DNA of 64,000 bases from Candidatus Latescibacterota bacterium (GTDB lineage Bacteria > Latescibacterota > UBA2968 > UBA8231): positions 5,886,675 to 5,950,674 of the forward strand of contig OZ242214.1 of the NCBI GenBank assembly GCA_965206595.1. Reading direction: 5' to 3'. Below, piece by piece: positions 28,724 to 38,652 of this stretch. A program made the position numbers and the translations under genes. Positions within the stretch are counted from its first letter, which is position 1, and each line of letters begins with the position of its first letter. Under the pieces are notes generated by a model. It searched no databases and was not told the DNA's origin. It saw only the letters and a list, made by a program, of their open reading frames with translations.

Positions 28724-31700
28724 CCGCGGACGAGGAAGGCCTGGGTCCGCCTAGCCCCGAAACAGCCGCATCGGCGTCCACGGACGGGCTCGAGTTGTTC
28801 CACCCGCTCGTGGCGCGCTGGTTCCGCGAGCGTCTCGGCGCTCCGACCGACGTCCAGCAACAGTCCTGGCCGCGCATCGCCGCGGGCGAGCATCTTCTGA
28901 TCACGGCGCCGACCGGCAGCGGCAAGACGCTGACCGCCTTCCTGTGGGCCCTCGACCGCCTGGTGAGCGGCGAGTGGCAGACCGGGGCAACCCGCGTCCT
29001 CTACGTGTCGCCGCTCAAGGCGCTCAACAACGATATCCGCCGCAACCTGCTGCGCCCCCTGCGCGAGTTGCGCGAGACCTTCGCCGCGACCGCGGCCCCG
29101 TTTCCCGAGATCCAGGTGCAGACCCGCAGCGGCGACACCCCGCAGTCGGAGCGCCGCGCCATGCTGCGCCGGCCCCCCGAGATCCTGATCACCACCCCGG
29201 AGAGCCTCAACCTGCTGCTGAGCTCGCGGGGCGGGGTCGGCCTGCTCGGCAACGTCGCCACCGTCATTCTCGACGAGGTGCACTCCGTGGTCGGCAACAA
29301 GCGGGGGGTGCACGCGATCACCGCGGTCGAGCGGCTCGTGCCGCTGTGCGGGGAGTTCCAGCGCATCGCCCTGTCGGCGACGGTGAGGCCGCTGCGGACG
29401 GTGGCCGGGTTCGTCGGCGGCCTGCGCGCCGAGGTCGAAGGGGAGGAGGGAGAGCCGCGGTTGCGCCCGCGTCCCGTCGGCATCGTCCAGTCGGCCGACG
29501 CCAAGCAGTACGACATCCGCGTCCGCTTTCCGCGCACCGCCGCGGACGAGCAGGGGGCGGACCCAGAATCGGTCTGGCCGCCGCTGGTAGAGGAGTTCTC
29601 CCGCATCATCGCCGGCAACCAGTCGACCTTGCTGTTCACCAACAACCGCCGCCTGTGCGAGAAGCTGACCCTGCTCGTCAACGATGGCGGCGAACGTCCC
29701 CTCGCGTACGCCCACCACGGCTCCCTGTCGCGGGAGATCCGCGAAACCGTCGAGCGCAAGCTCAAGGACGGGGAGCTGCGGGCGATCGTCGCCACCGCCT
29801 CCCTCGAGCTGGGGATCGACATCGGCGCCCTCGACGAGGTCGTCCTCGTGCAGTCCCCCCACTCGATCGCCTCCGGGATTCAGCGCATAGGGCGCGCCGG
29901 CCACGACGTCGGCGAGGTCAGCCGCGGCACCCTCTATCCGACCTATTCCTCCGACTTCATTGAGTCGGCGGTGATGGCCGCGGGGGTCCTGAACCAGGAT
30001 ATCGAGGAGGTGCGGCCGGTAGACGCCCCCCTCGACGTCCTCGCCCAGGTCGTCGTTTCCATGGCCGCTGTCGAGCCCCGGGACCTCGACGAGGTCTACG
30101 AGGTGGTGCGCTCCTCGTACCCGTACCGCGATCTCGGGCGGCGGCAGTTCGATCTCGTCGTCGACATGCTCGCGGGCCGCTACGCCCACACCCGCATACG
30201 AGAGCTGCAGCCGAAGCTCTCCGTCGACCGCCTCGACAACACTGCCGCCGCCCGCAGGGGGGCGGTTCATGACCTCTACTTCTCCGGTGGAACCATCCCC
30301 GACCGCGGCTATTTCCACCTGCGCGTCGAGGAGTCCAACGCCCGCATCGGCGAGCTCGACGAGGAGTTCGTGTGGGAGTGCTCGGAGGGGCAGACCTTCA
30401 CGATGGGTTCGCAGAGCTGGACCATCCGGCGCATTACCCACAACGACGTGTTGGTGATCCCGTCGTCGCCGAAGGCGGCCGATCTGCCGTTCTGGAAGGC
30501 GGACGGGGGCGGCCGCGATTTCCACTTCTCCGAGCGCATCGGGCAGTTCCTCGAGATCGCCGACTGCTCCCTCGACGACCCGGGCTTCCGGCAGCGGCTG
30601 CAGCGCGACCACGCCATGGACGAAATCGCGGCGGAGCAGCTGCTCGAGCTGTTGCGGAGGCAGAAGAAGGAGACCGGCTGTTCCCTGCCGCACCGCCGCC
30701 ACGTCGTCGTCGAGTACGCCGGCGCCGCGCCCCTCGGCCACGAGGGCAACCAGGTGGTGCTCCACACCTTCTGGGGGGAGCGCGTCAACCGGCCGTTCGC
30801 CCTCGCTCTCGACGCCGCCTGGGAGGAGAGGTTCGGCCAGCGGCTGGAGGTCTACCCGGCCAACGACTGCATCGCCGTGATGCTGCCTAACGAGGTCGAA
30901 GCGGAGGAACTGCTCTCCCTGGTGTCGTCGGCGCGGCTCGACGACCACCTGCGCCGGCGCTTGGAGAGCTCCGGCTACTTCGGGGCGCGCTTCCGGGAGT
31001 GCTGCGGCCGTGCCCTGCTTCTCAGCGGCAAGCGCATGAACCAGCGTTTGCCGCTGTGGCTGACGCGGCTGCGCTCCCAGAAGCTGCTCGACGCGGTGCG
31101 GCGCTTCGACGACTTCCCGATCCTGATAGAGGCCTGGCGCTCCTGCCTTCAAGACGAGTTCGACATGCCGGCCCTGCACCAGCTTCTCACCGAGTTGGAG
31201 TCGGGGGGAATCTCATGGTCCGCGGCCCACACCGGACAGCCGAGCAGCTTCGCCCGGACCATCTCCTGGCGGCAGGTCGACAACTACATGTACCGGGGGG
31301 ACGAGCCGGCTGCCACGGAGTCCTCGCGGCTGCGCGGCGATCTCCTGCGCGAAGTAGTATTCAGCGCCGATCTGCGCCCCGCGGTGTCTCCGGCGGTCGT
31401 TCGCAGCTTCGTGGAGAAGCGGCAGCGCCTTGCTCCCGGGTACGCCCCCCGGAGCGCCCGCGAGCTCGTCGATTGGGTGGTGGATCGCCTGCTGATCCCG
31501 ATGGCGGAGTGGGAGGAGCTGATCGCGGCGATCGACCGCCACAGGGGGATCGACCCCGATGCCGGGGAAGCCGCCGCGGACCTGGTCGCCGCCGCGGGGG
31601 ACCGCCTGGTGCGCCTCGCTGCTGGTGGCGCCGTGCTCATCGCCGCTCGCGAGCAGCTGCCCTGGCTCGCCTGGGCCTGGAGCCGGCTGCCCGGAGGCGG

Positions 31701-33297
31701 CAGCGGCGTCGAGGTGCTCGCCGATGGCAGTTCCGCTGTCGTTCCGCAGGAAGCCGGCGGTGCCGATGGGGACGGGGACGCCCAAGGGGACGGCGGCCTG
31801 ACCGGGCTGATCGGGCGCTGGCTTCAGTTCTACGGCCCCCTCTCTCCACCGGAAATCGAGCGGATGCTCGGCATCGAACCGGCCCTGTTGCGGCAGGCGC
31901 TCGACGATCTCGTCGACTCCGAGGCCGCGGTTCGCGGCTTGCTGGTCGCCGGCGCCGGGACCGAGACCTGGTGCGACGCGGAAAACCTCGAGATTCTGCT
32001 GCGCCTGGCGCGCGCCGACGCGGTGCCGGCGTTCCGGCCGCTGCCGTTTTCGCGGCTGCCGCTGTTTCTCGCCGCCTGGCAGGGGCTGACCGAAGCCGAG
32101 GCGGACGTCGAGGCCCTGCCGCGTCGCCTCGAGCAGCTGCTGTGCTACGAAGCGGCTGCCGCGGCGTGGGAGGGCGAGTTCCTTCCAGCCCGCCTGCCCG
32201 GGTACTCGACCTCCTGGATCGACGCCTGCATGCAGGAGAGCTCCCTGCGCTGGGTCGGCCGCGGCAGCGAGAGGGTCGCCCTCTGTTTCGACGCCGACCT
32301 CGATCTGCTCCAGGGCCCGGCCGGCCCCGGTGAAGGGGAGGAGAGCGCACCGGACGCGGAAGAGGTGGAGGCGGTGGCCGGGCTGTTTCCCGATCCGGCC
32401 GGGCGCTACGACTTCGCCACCCTGCAGCGGCTGACGGGGATCTCCGCGTCCGACCTGGCGGAGCGGCTCTGGTCCGGGGCTTGGGCGGGCCGGGTCACCA
32501 ACGACAGCTTCAGCGCCCTGCGCAAGGGGATCGAGACCCGTTTCGAAGTCCCGGAAGTGCGGGCGGCGGGCGGGCGCCGCCCCGGGACCGGAGGGCGCGG
32601 CGCCTTTTCCCGCTGGAAGGGGTCGCTGCCGTTCGCCGGCAACTGGCACCTGCTTCCGGAATTCGAGCCGGCCGCGGACGCCCTGGAGTCCGAGGAGCGC
32701 TGCAAGGAGCGCGTGCGCCTGCTGCTCGACCGCTACGGCCTGTTGTTCCGCGAGCTTCTGCAGCGGGAGTCCGCCCCCTTCCGCTGGTCCGCCCTGTTCC
32801 GCTCGCTGCGCCTGATGGAGCTGTCGGGGGAGATCCTTTCCGGCTGCTTCTTCGAGGGCATCCCCGGTCCGCAGTTCATCTCTCACCGGGCCTTCCGCAG
32901 GCTGCAGCGTGACCTTCCGGAGAAGGAGATCTTCTGGGTCAACGCCACCGATCCGGCCTCCCTCTGCGGCCTGCCGCTGGAGGAGCTGCGCGTTTCCCCC
33001 CTCCCGAGGCGGGTCGCCGGCACCCACCTTGTCTACCACGGCCCCGACCTCGTCGTCGTCTCGTCACGCCGGGGCCGGGCGCTGACCTTCCGGGTGGATG
33101 CGGACAGCCCCGATCTGCCGCGCTATTTCGGCTTCATACATCACCTCCTGACGGCTCCGTTCCGTTCCTCGCGCCGCGTGGTGATCGAAACCATCGACGG
33201 AAGTCCGGCGTCCCGCAGCCCCTGCCTCGACGCCCTGCGCACCTGCTTCGAGGTCCTGCCCGACTACAACGAGGTCGTGATCATGGGGGGCAGGTAG
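28720..33297 (+). CDS. lhr: Lhr-type large DEAD/DEAH-box helicase (~1525 aa)
   Basis: N-terminal helicase motifs (TAPTGSGKT, DEVH) plus a long Lhr-like C-terminal extension. Confidence 0.85.
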   Translation: MTADEEGLGPPSPETAASASTDGLELFHPLVARWFRERLGAPTDVQQQSWPRIAAGEHLLITAPTGSGKTLTAFLWALDRLVSGEWQTGATRVLYVSPLKALNNDIRRNLLRPLRELRETFAATAAPFPEIQVQTRSGDTPQSERRAMLRRPPEILITTPESLNLLLSSRGGVGLLGNVATVILDEVHSVVGNKRGVHAITAVERLVPLCGEFQRIALSATVRPLRTVAGFVGGLRAEVEGEEGEPRLRPRPVGIVQSADAKQYDIRVRFPRTAADEQGADPESVWPPLVEEFSRIIAGNQSTLLFTNNRRLCEKLTLLVNDGGERPLAYAHHGSLSREIRETVERKLKDGELRAIVATASLELGIDIGALDEVVLVQSPHSIASGIQRIGRAGHDVGEVSRGTLYPTYSSDFIESAVMAAGVLNQDIEEVRPVDAPLDVLAQVVVSMAAVEPRDLDEVYEVVRSSYPYRDLGRRQFDLVVDMLAGRYAHTRIRELQPKLSVDRLDNTAAARRGAVHDLYFSGGTIPDRGYFHLRVEESNARIGELDEEFVWECSEGQTFTMGSQSWTIRRITHNDVLVIPSSPKAADLPFWKADGGGRDFHFSERIGQFLEIADCSLDDPGFRQRLQRDHAMDEIAAEQLLELLRRQKKETGCSLPHRRHVVVEYAGAAPLGHEGNQVVLHTFWGERVNRPFALALDAAWEERFGQRLEVYPANDCIAVMLPNEVEAEELLSLVSSARLDDHLRRRLESSGYFGARFRECCGRALLLSGKRMNQRLPLWLTRLRSQKLLDAVRRFDDFPILIEAWRSCLQDEFDMPALHQLLTELESGGISWSAAHTGQPSSFARTISWRQVDNYMYRGDEPAATESSRLRGDLLREVVFSADLRPAVSPAVVRSFVEKRQRLAPGYAPRSARELVDWVVDRLLIPMAEWEELIAAIDRHRGIDPDAGEAAADLVAAAGDRLVRLAAGGAVLIAAREQLPWLAWAWSRLPGGGSGVEVLADGSSAVVPQEAGGADGDGDAQGDGGLTGLIGRWLQFYGPLSPPEIERMLGIEPALLRQALDDLVDSEAAVRGLLVAGAGTETWCDAENLEILLRLARADAVPAFRPLPFSRLPLFLAAWQGLTEAEADVEALPRRLEQLLCYEAAAAAWEGEFLPARLPGYSTSWIDACMQESSLRWVGRGSERVALCFDADLDLLQGPAGPGEGEESAPDAEEVEAVAGLFPDPAGRYDFATLQRLTGISASDLAERLWSGAWAGRVTNDSFSALRKGIETRFEVPEVRAAGGRRPGTGGRGAFSRWKGSLPFAGNWHLLPEFEPAADALESEERCKERVRLLLDRYGLLFRELLQRESAPFRWSALFRSLRLMELSGEILSGCFFEGIPGPQFISHRAFRRLQRDLPEKEIFWVNATDPASLCGLPLEELRVSPLPRRVAGTHLVYHGPDLVVVSSRRGRALTFRVDADSPDLPRYFGFIHHLLTAPFRSSRRVVIETIDGSPASRSPCLDALRTCFEVLPDYNEVVIMGGR

Positions 33298-33445
33298 CGG
33301 AACAGGCAGCCCCCCGGGCGCTGTTCCGGCATGCCATTGGCTGGGCAGCCCCGGGCCGCGCTTCCGGTTGGATCGAGGGGCTCCGGCGAGTAGGTTATGG
33401 GCCCACGGAGCAGCGCGGTTTCGCGCTTTTTCGAAAGGATCAGCG

Positions 33446-33913
33446 ATGACCGACCAGGTGACGGCAGAGGACATTCTCGCAGCAAAGGGAGGCGATCTCC
33501 TCAGCGTCTCGGAGGACGCGACCATCGGGGAAGCGCTCGAGGTCATGGTCGGGGGCAAGGTGGGATCCATTCTGGTAAGGGAGGGCAGCCGCATCGTCGG
33601 CATCTACACGGAACGGGATCTCATGCGCAACTCCATCGACGCCGGTTTCGACCCGGGGAAGTCGCGCATCGGGGATCACATGAGCCGCGGCCTCAAGTTT
33701 GCTCCCCACACCGACACCGCCTACGAGCTGATGGACAAGTTCCTCGGGTTGCGGATCAGGCATCTCCTGATCGACAAGAACGACCAGTTCATCGGGCTGC
33801 TGTCGGTCGGGGACGTCATCAAGGCGGCCCTGCAGGCGCGCACCGACGAACTGGAAGAGCTCGAGGCGATCGCCAAGTGGGAGTACTACGAGGAATGGAA
33901 GCCCCGCCGTTGA
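33446..33913 (+). CDS. CBS-domain pair protein
   Basis: Two CBS motifs; 155 aa. Confidence 0.7.
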   Translation: MTDQVTAEDILAAKGGDLLSVSEDATIGEALEVMVGGKVGSILVREGSRIVGIYTERDLMRNSIDAGFDPGKSRIGDHMSRGLKFAPHTDTAYELMDKFLGLRIRHLLIDKNDQFIGLLSVGDVIKAALQARTDELEELEAIAKWEYYEEWKPRR

Positions 33914-33928
33914 GGCCGGGCAGACTTC

Positions 33929-34549
33929 ATGCCGAGAATTGAGGTCATCCCGGTGGAGCGCGCGACCGGCGCGCTCAAGACCGAGTACGACAAGGCGATC
34001 GGCCGCGCCGGGCGGGTGTGGAACATCGTCGGCGTCATGAGCTGCAATCCCGCGGTCCTGCGGGATTCGATCAAACTCTACGGCAGCGTGATGCACGGGC
34101 CGTCGCCGCTGACCCGCAGGCAGCGGGAGATGCTGGCCGTCGTCGTCTCGGCGCGCAATCACTGTGTCTACTGAACCCGCTCCCACGCCCACGATCTCCG
34201 GGAAGAGATCGCAGCGTCCGATGACATGAGCGCCGCCGAAGCGGACGCCTTCGTTCACGCGATTGCGCGCGACTGGCGAAGCGCCGGGCTCGGCACGCAG
34301 GATCGCGAGCTGTGCGGGTTCGCCGAGCGCCTCACCGACGATTCGGAAGGGGTGGACGATGGGGGCATAGCCGCCCTGCGCCGCTGCGGCCTCGACGACC
34401 GCGCCATCCACGATGCGACGCAGGTAGTGGCGTATTTCAACTACATCAACCGCGTCGCCTCCGCCCTCGGGGTGGAGCAGGAGACCTTCGCGCGCGCCTG
34501 GGAGCAGGCGGATGCCGGGAGCGGCTCGGACGGAGAGGGAAGCGCGTGA
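33929..34549 (+). CDS. AhpD-like (carboxymuconolactone decarboxylase family) protein, predicted selenoprotein with Sec at codon 82 (in-frame TGA 34172-34174)
   Basis: ORFs 33929..34174 and 34226..34549 share one frame, separated only by a TGA. That TGA sits at the second Cys of the AhpD motif E-x11-C-x2-C-x3-H (here E…CVY[TGA]TRSH). A 7-bp stem-loop lies 17 nt downstream. Confidence 0.7.
34192..34211 (+). promoter_or_regulatory. Candidate bacterial SECIS hairpin (stem cgatctc / gagatcg, loop CGGGAA)
   Basis: Seen directly; starts 17 nt after the in-frame UGA. Confidence 0.5.
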
Positions 34550-35295
34550 GCTGGTCGCAAGAGGAGCTCCGGTCCTACCGGGACCGCGGCTACGCCCTGT
34601 GCCGCGGCCTTCTGTCTTCTGCTGAGGTGACGAATCTGCGGGAAGCGCTGCCGCGGCTGCTGAATGGCGAAGGGGACGGCATGCACCGCGAGCGGGAGCG
34701 CGGCGGTGCGGTGCGGCAGGTCTACCTCGCACACCGCCATGTCGGTGCGTTCTCCGAGGTTGTCCGCCACTCCGCGATTCTCGAACCGGTGAAACAGATC
34801 GTCGTCGGCGACGTGTACGTCTGGCACAGCAAGCTCAACGTCAAGGAGGCGTTCGAGGGCACCGTATGGCTGTGGCACCAGGACTACGGCTACTGGATGT
34901 GGGACGGCGTCGATCCCCGCCTGGTGTCGGCGATGGTCATCCTCGACAGGTCAACGGCGAACAACGGCTGCATGATGGTGGTCGCCGGCTCTCACAAGTG
35001 GGGCCGCCAGGAGCATTTCGCCGACGAGGAGACGACGAGCTACAAGCAGTGGTGCATCGATACCGAAACCCTCAAGACCAAGCTGCGCGAGGAGCAAATC
35101 CAGCAGATCACCGGCGAACCGGGAGACGTGCTGTTCTTCGACTGCAATCTCGTGCACGGCTCCGGGCACAACATGTCCCCCCTTCCGCGCAAGGTATTCA
35201 TCATCGCCTACAACTCCGTCGACAACAGGCCGCGGCCGGTGGAGAACCCGCGGCCCGACTGGGTGGTGTCGCGCACGTACGACCCTGTTGGATAG
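34546..35295 (+). CDS. PhyH-superfamily dioxygenase, ectoine-hydroxylase-like
   Basis: …WLWHQDYGYWMWDG… resembles the EctD/PhyH signature; GTG start overlaps the previous stop (GTGA). Confidence 0.65.
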   Translation: MSWSQEELRSYRDRGYALCRGLLSSAEVTNLREALPRLLNGEGDGMHRERERGGAVRQVYLAHRHVGAFSEVVRHSAILEPVKQIVVGDVYVWHSKLNVKEAFEGTVWLWHQDYGYWMWDGVDPRLVSAMVILDRSTANNGCMMVVAGSHKWGRQEHFADEETTSYKQWCIDTETLKTKLREEQIQQITGEPGDVLFFDCNLVHGSGHNMSPLPRKVFIIAYNSVDNRPRPVENPRPDWVVSRTYDPVG

Positions 35296-35446
35296 GGCGG
35301 CGTCGAGAAAAGGGCAGGCCGATTCGAGGTGAGGCGGCCGCAGGGCAACCGGGAGATCCCGGAATGAGCCCTGTCCGGGCGCGGCAACCTGCGGTTTCTC
35401 CGTTCTCGAAATTCCCGATTCAGTTGATGAAAATGGGGGCACCGAA

Positions 35447-36532
35447 ATGACGGCGTCGGGCGACTGGTCCCGGCTCGCTTCCTTCGACGTGGTGCGGCTC
35501 AACTCCGAGCTGTTCCCGGTGGGCGGCCTCGAGGCGGATCTCTACGAGCGCTTCGGGCTGCGGCCCCGGGAGGTCGAAGCCAACACCCCCGAGACGATCA
35601 TCCCGCACGTAGCGGAATGCGACGCCCTGTTCGCCGTGTCGGTCGCCCTTCCCCGCGAAGTGATCGACAGCCTGCGAAACTGCCGGCTGATATCCCGCCT
35701 CGGCACCGGCACCGACAAGATCGACGTCGCCCGCGCCACCGAGCGCGGCATCGTCGTCTCCAACGTTCCGGAGTTCGGGGTCGAGGACATGGCCGACCAC
35801 ACCATGGCGATGGTCCTGTCGCTGCAGCGGCGGCTGCCCTGGATGCACCGCCGGATGCTGCGGGGAGAATTTTTTGCCGCCCGCAGCGAGACCCTGACCA
35901 TTCGGCGGCCGGGGGAGTGCGTGCTCGGCCTGGTCGGGTTCGGGGCCAGCGCCAGGGCGGTGGTGGCGCGGGCGCTGCCGTTCGGATTCCGCCTGCTGGC
36001 GACGCGCCGGAACATGCAGGCGCCGACGGACGAGGCGGACCGGCTGCAGGTGCGGATGGTCGATCTTCCGACACTGCTGCGGGAGTCGGATTACGTGTCG
36101 CTCCATCTGCCGCTCGATGCCGGCTCCTACCACCTCCTCAACGAGGCGGCCATCGCCCTGATGAAGCCGGGGGCCTTCCTCGTAAACACCTCGCGGGGGG
36201 CGATCGTCGACGAGCGGGCGCTCGCCGCGGCCCTGCGTGAGGGCCGCCTGGCAGGGGCAGGGATCGACACCTTCGAGGGGGTTGAAATTTTCACCCCTGA
36301 CGAGCGCCCCCCCGACCACCCGCTCGTCGGGCTCGACAACGTCATCCTGAGCCCGCACGTCTCCGGTCTGTCGCGGGCAGCGGAGCGCACCTGCGCGAAC
36401 AGCGGCGTGCGCAATCTCGTCTGCGCGCTGAGCGGCTGTCTTCCCCCCGCCGGCAACATCGTCAACCGGTCGGTGGTTCCCCGGGTGCCGCTGGCCCCGT
36501 ACGATCCGGGCCTGTTCGACCATGTCTGGTGA
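35447..36532 (+). CDS. D-isomer-specific 2-hydroxyacid dehydrogenase (CtBP/PGDH-like)
   Basis: NAD-binding GxGxxG (GLVGFGASA), catalytic R/E/H triad region. Confidence 0.85.
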   Translation: MTASGDWSRLASFDVVRLNSELFPVGGLEADLYERFGLRPREVEANTPETIIPHVAECDALFAVSVALPREVIDSLRNCRLISRLGTGTDKIDVARATERGIVVSNVPEFGVEDMADHTMAMVLSLQRRLPWMHRRMLRGEFFAARSETLTIRRPGECVLGLVGFGASARAVVARALPFGFRLLATRRNMQAPTDEADRLQVRMVDLPTLLRESDYVSLHLPLDAGSYHLLNEAAIALMKPGAFLVNTSRGAIVDERALAAALREGRLAGAGIDTFEGVEIFTPDERPPDHPLVGLDNVILSPHVSGLSRAAERTCANSGVRNLVCALSGCLPPAGNIVNRSVVPRVPLAPYDPGLFDHVW

Positions 36533-36838
36533 CCTCCCGGGGATTCCCCGGAATTCATCCACAGGCATACTGTCGCCCGATCCCGCGCCTTGCGAGCCGG
36601 GCGCTTCTGCGCCCCCCTTCGAACGCTTGCCTGCTGCGCAGGCCCAGTGCGTTGACGCGCGGCTTTCCCGGGATTCACTCGCGAGACATCCGACCAGCGG
36701 GGTCGCGCCCGGTTGCCCTGCGCTTGCGATGCTTCCGTCTGTTTCGGGGAAGGCACCCCTGCCCCCGGGTCTTCTTGCCGCCATGCAGGCCGGGGGATAA
36801 GTTCACCCGCTCGCAAACAGGGGGCTGGGAACGCGCAG

Positions 36839-37648
36839 ATGACCGCATCGCTTTTTGATCTCGAGGGAATGGTGGCCGCCGTGTCGGGCGGGGCCCGGGG
36901 CCTGGGACGGGCAATGGCCCTCGCCCTGGCCGGCGCGGGCGCCGACGTCGTGATCGCCGACATCGACGCCGCCGCGGCTGCCGAAACCGCCGGCGAAATC
37001 GAGAGCATGGGCCGCCGCGGCGCCGCGGTCGACTGCGACATCTCCCGCCCGGAGCAGATAGACACCTGGTTCGAGCGGATCGACGCCTTCGGAGGGATCG
37101 ACTTCCTCGGCAACGTCGCCGGCGCCGGTCTGCTCAAGGCCCCGGAGGAGCTGTCGCTCGAAGAGGTCCGAAAGGTGCTCGACGAGCTGGTCGCCTGCCG
37201 TTTCTACTGCTGCCAGCAGGCGGGGCGGCGCATGCTGGCGGCCGGCAGGGGCAGCATCGTCAACATCGGCTCGCTGGCGAGCGTCACCGCCCTCGGCCGC
37301 GGGCACATCTCCTACAGCATGGCGATGGGGGGCGTGGTGCAGATGACGAGGGAGCTGAGCACGGAATGGGCGGCGCGCGGGGTGCGCGTCAACGCCATCC
37401 TGCCGGCCCAGGTGCTCAACCCCGGGCTCCAGGAGCGCATGGAAAAGGTACCGGAGCTCAAGGCCACCTATCTCGGCGGCATCCCGAGGGCCCGCTTCGG
37501 ACACCCGGACGACATCCGCGGGCTGGCGGTGTTTCTCGCTTCGGACTCCTCCGCATGGATCACCGGGGCGCTGATCCCGATGGACGGGGGCAACCTGGCG
37601 ATGAACGCCGGCGGCAGTTATCCCGGCGGCCCGCGGGCGAGCGGATAA
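36839..37648 (+). CDS. SDR-family oxidoreductase
   Basis: Rossmann fold plus YSMAMGG catalytic region. Confidence 0.8.
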   Translation: MTASLFDLEGMVAAVSGGARGLGRAMALALAGAGADVVIADIDAAAAAETAGEIESMGRRGAAVDCDISRPEQIDTWFERIDAFGGIDFLGNVAGAGLLKAPEELSLEEVRKVLDELVACRFYCCQQAGRRMLAAGRGSIVNIGSLASVTALGRGHISYSMAMGGVVQMTRELSTEWAARGVRVNAILPAQVLNPGLQERMEKVPELKATYLGGIPRARFGHPDDIRGLAVFLASDSSAWITGALIPMDGGNLAMNAGGSYPGGPRASG

Positions 37649-37674
37649 GGCCGCGGCGCAACCGGACACAAGAC

Positions 37675-38652
37675 TTGCAACTCTCGAAGAAAACCGCGCT
37701 GGGGCTCTACCGGCAGATGCTGGCGATCCGCCGCACCGAGGAGCAGCACGCCCGCTCCTACGCCTCAGGGCTCATCCTCGGCGCCTGCCACACCTACATC
37801 GGCGAGGAAGCGGTGGCGGCCGGTGTCTGCGCCCACCTGCGGGACGACGACGCCGTCTTCAGCACGCACCGCGGCCACGGCCACGCCCTGGCCAAGGGGG
37901 TGCCGATCCGCGAGGTGATCGCCGAGCTGTTCGGCAAGGTCACCGGCTGTTCCCAGGGCCGCGGCGGCAGCATGCACCTGTTCTCTCCCGAGGTCGGCAT
38001 GATGGGGACGAGCGGCATTGTCGGGCCCTGCATTCTGCAGGCCGCGGGCGCCGCCTACTCCTTCAAGCTTCTGGATACCGACCGCATCGGCGTCGCCTTC
38101 TTCGGGGACGGGGCCGTCAGCAACGGCGCCTTTCACGAAGGGCTGACGATGGCGGCCAGGTGGGAGCTGCCTGCCCTGTTCGTGTGCGAGAACAACCTCT
38201 TCGCCACCGAGATCGCCTTTTCCACGGCGACGAGCAATCCCGAAGTCGCCAACCGCGCCGAGGCGTACGGGTTGCCCGGGGTCGCCCTCGACGGAAACGA
38301 CGCCGCCGCGGTGTACGAAGTCGCCCGGGAAGCGGTTGCCCGAGCCCGCGGCGGCGGCGGCCCCACCCTGATCGAGTGCAGGACCTACCGAACCCGGCCC
38401 CACTCCGAGGGCATGAGGGACACCGGCTACCGCACCCAGGAAGAGATCGATTCCTGGAAGAGGCGCGACCCGATTCGGGCGCTGCGTGAAAGGATCCTGG
38501 CGGCGAATCTCGCCGCGAAGGTGGAGCTCGATGCCATCGACGCCGGCATCGAGGCGGAAGTGAAGGAAGCGGCGAAGTATGCCGAAGAGTCCCCCTGGCC
38601 CGACCCGGCCACCATCTCCGACCACATCTACAGCGGTACCCGCAATGCGTGA
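37675..38652 (+). CDS. TPP-dependent dehydrogenase E1 alpha subunit (acetoin/pyruvate dehydrogenase type)
   Basis: TPP motif GDGAVSNGAFHEGLTMAA…N; TTG start inferred from N-terminal conservation (…LSKKTALGLYRQMLAIRRTEE…). Confidence 0.75.
   Translation: MQLSKKTALGLYRQMLAIRRTEEQHARSYASGLILGACHTYIGEEAVAAGVCAHLRDDDAVFSTHRGHGHALAKGVPIREVIAELFGKVTGCSQGRGGSMHLFSPEVGMMGTSGIVGPCILQAAGAAYSFKLLDTDRIGVAFFGDGAVSNGAFHEGLTMAARWELPALFVCENNLFATEIAFSTATSNPEVANRAEAYGLPGVALDGNDAAAVYEVAREAVARARGGGGPTLIECRTYRTRPHSEGMRDTGYRTQEEIDSWKRRDPIRALRERILAANLAAKVELDAIDAGIEAEVKEAAKYAEESPWPDPATISDHIYSGTRNA

Noticed and set aside
28627-31179. 850-aa ORF antisense to lhr (and similar long antisense/alt-frame ORFs at 14680..17232, 35420..36784, 38117..39529, 46516..48408, 47343..48566, 50799..52319, 55995..57107, 23594..24736)
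   Set aside because: Arg/Pro/Gly-rich composition typical of spurious open frames in high-GC DNA; each overlaps a gene with clear homology on the other strand or frame.
36533-36838. ~300-bp GC-rich intergenic region with repeated 'cccgggattc' motifs; considered as an ncRNA or riboswitch
   Set aside because: No recognisable riboswitch consensus or terminator by eye; more likely a promoter/operator region for the SDR-E1 operon.
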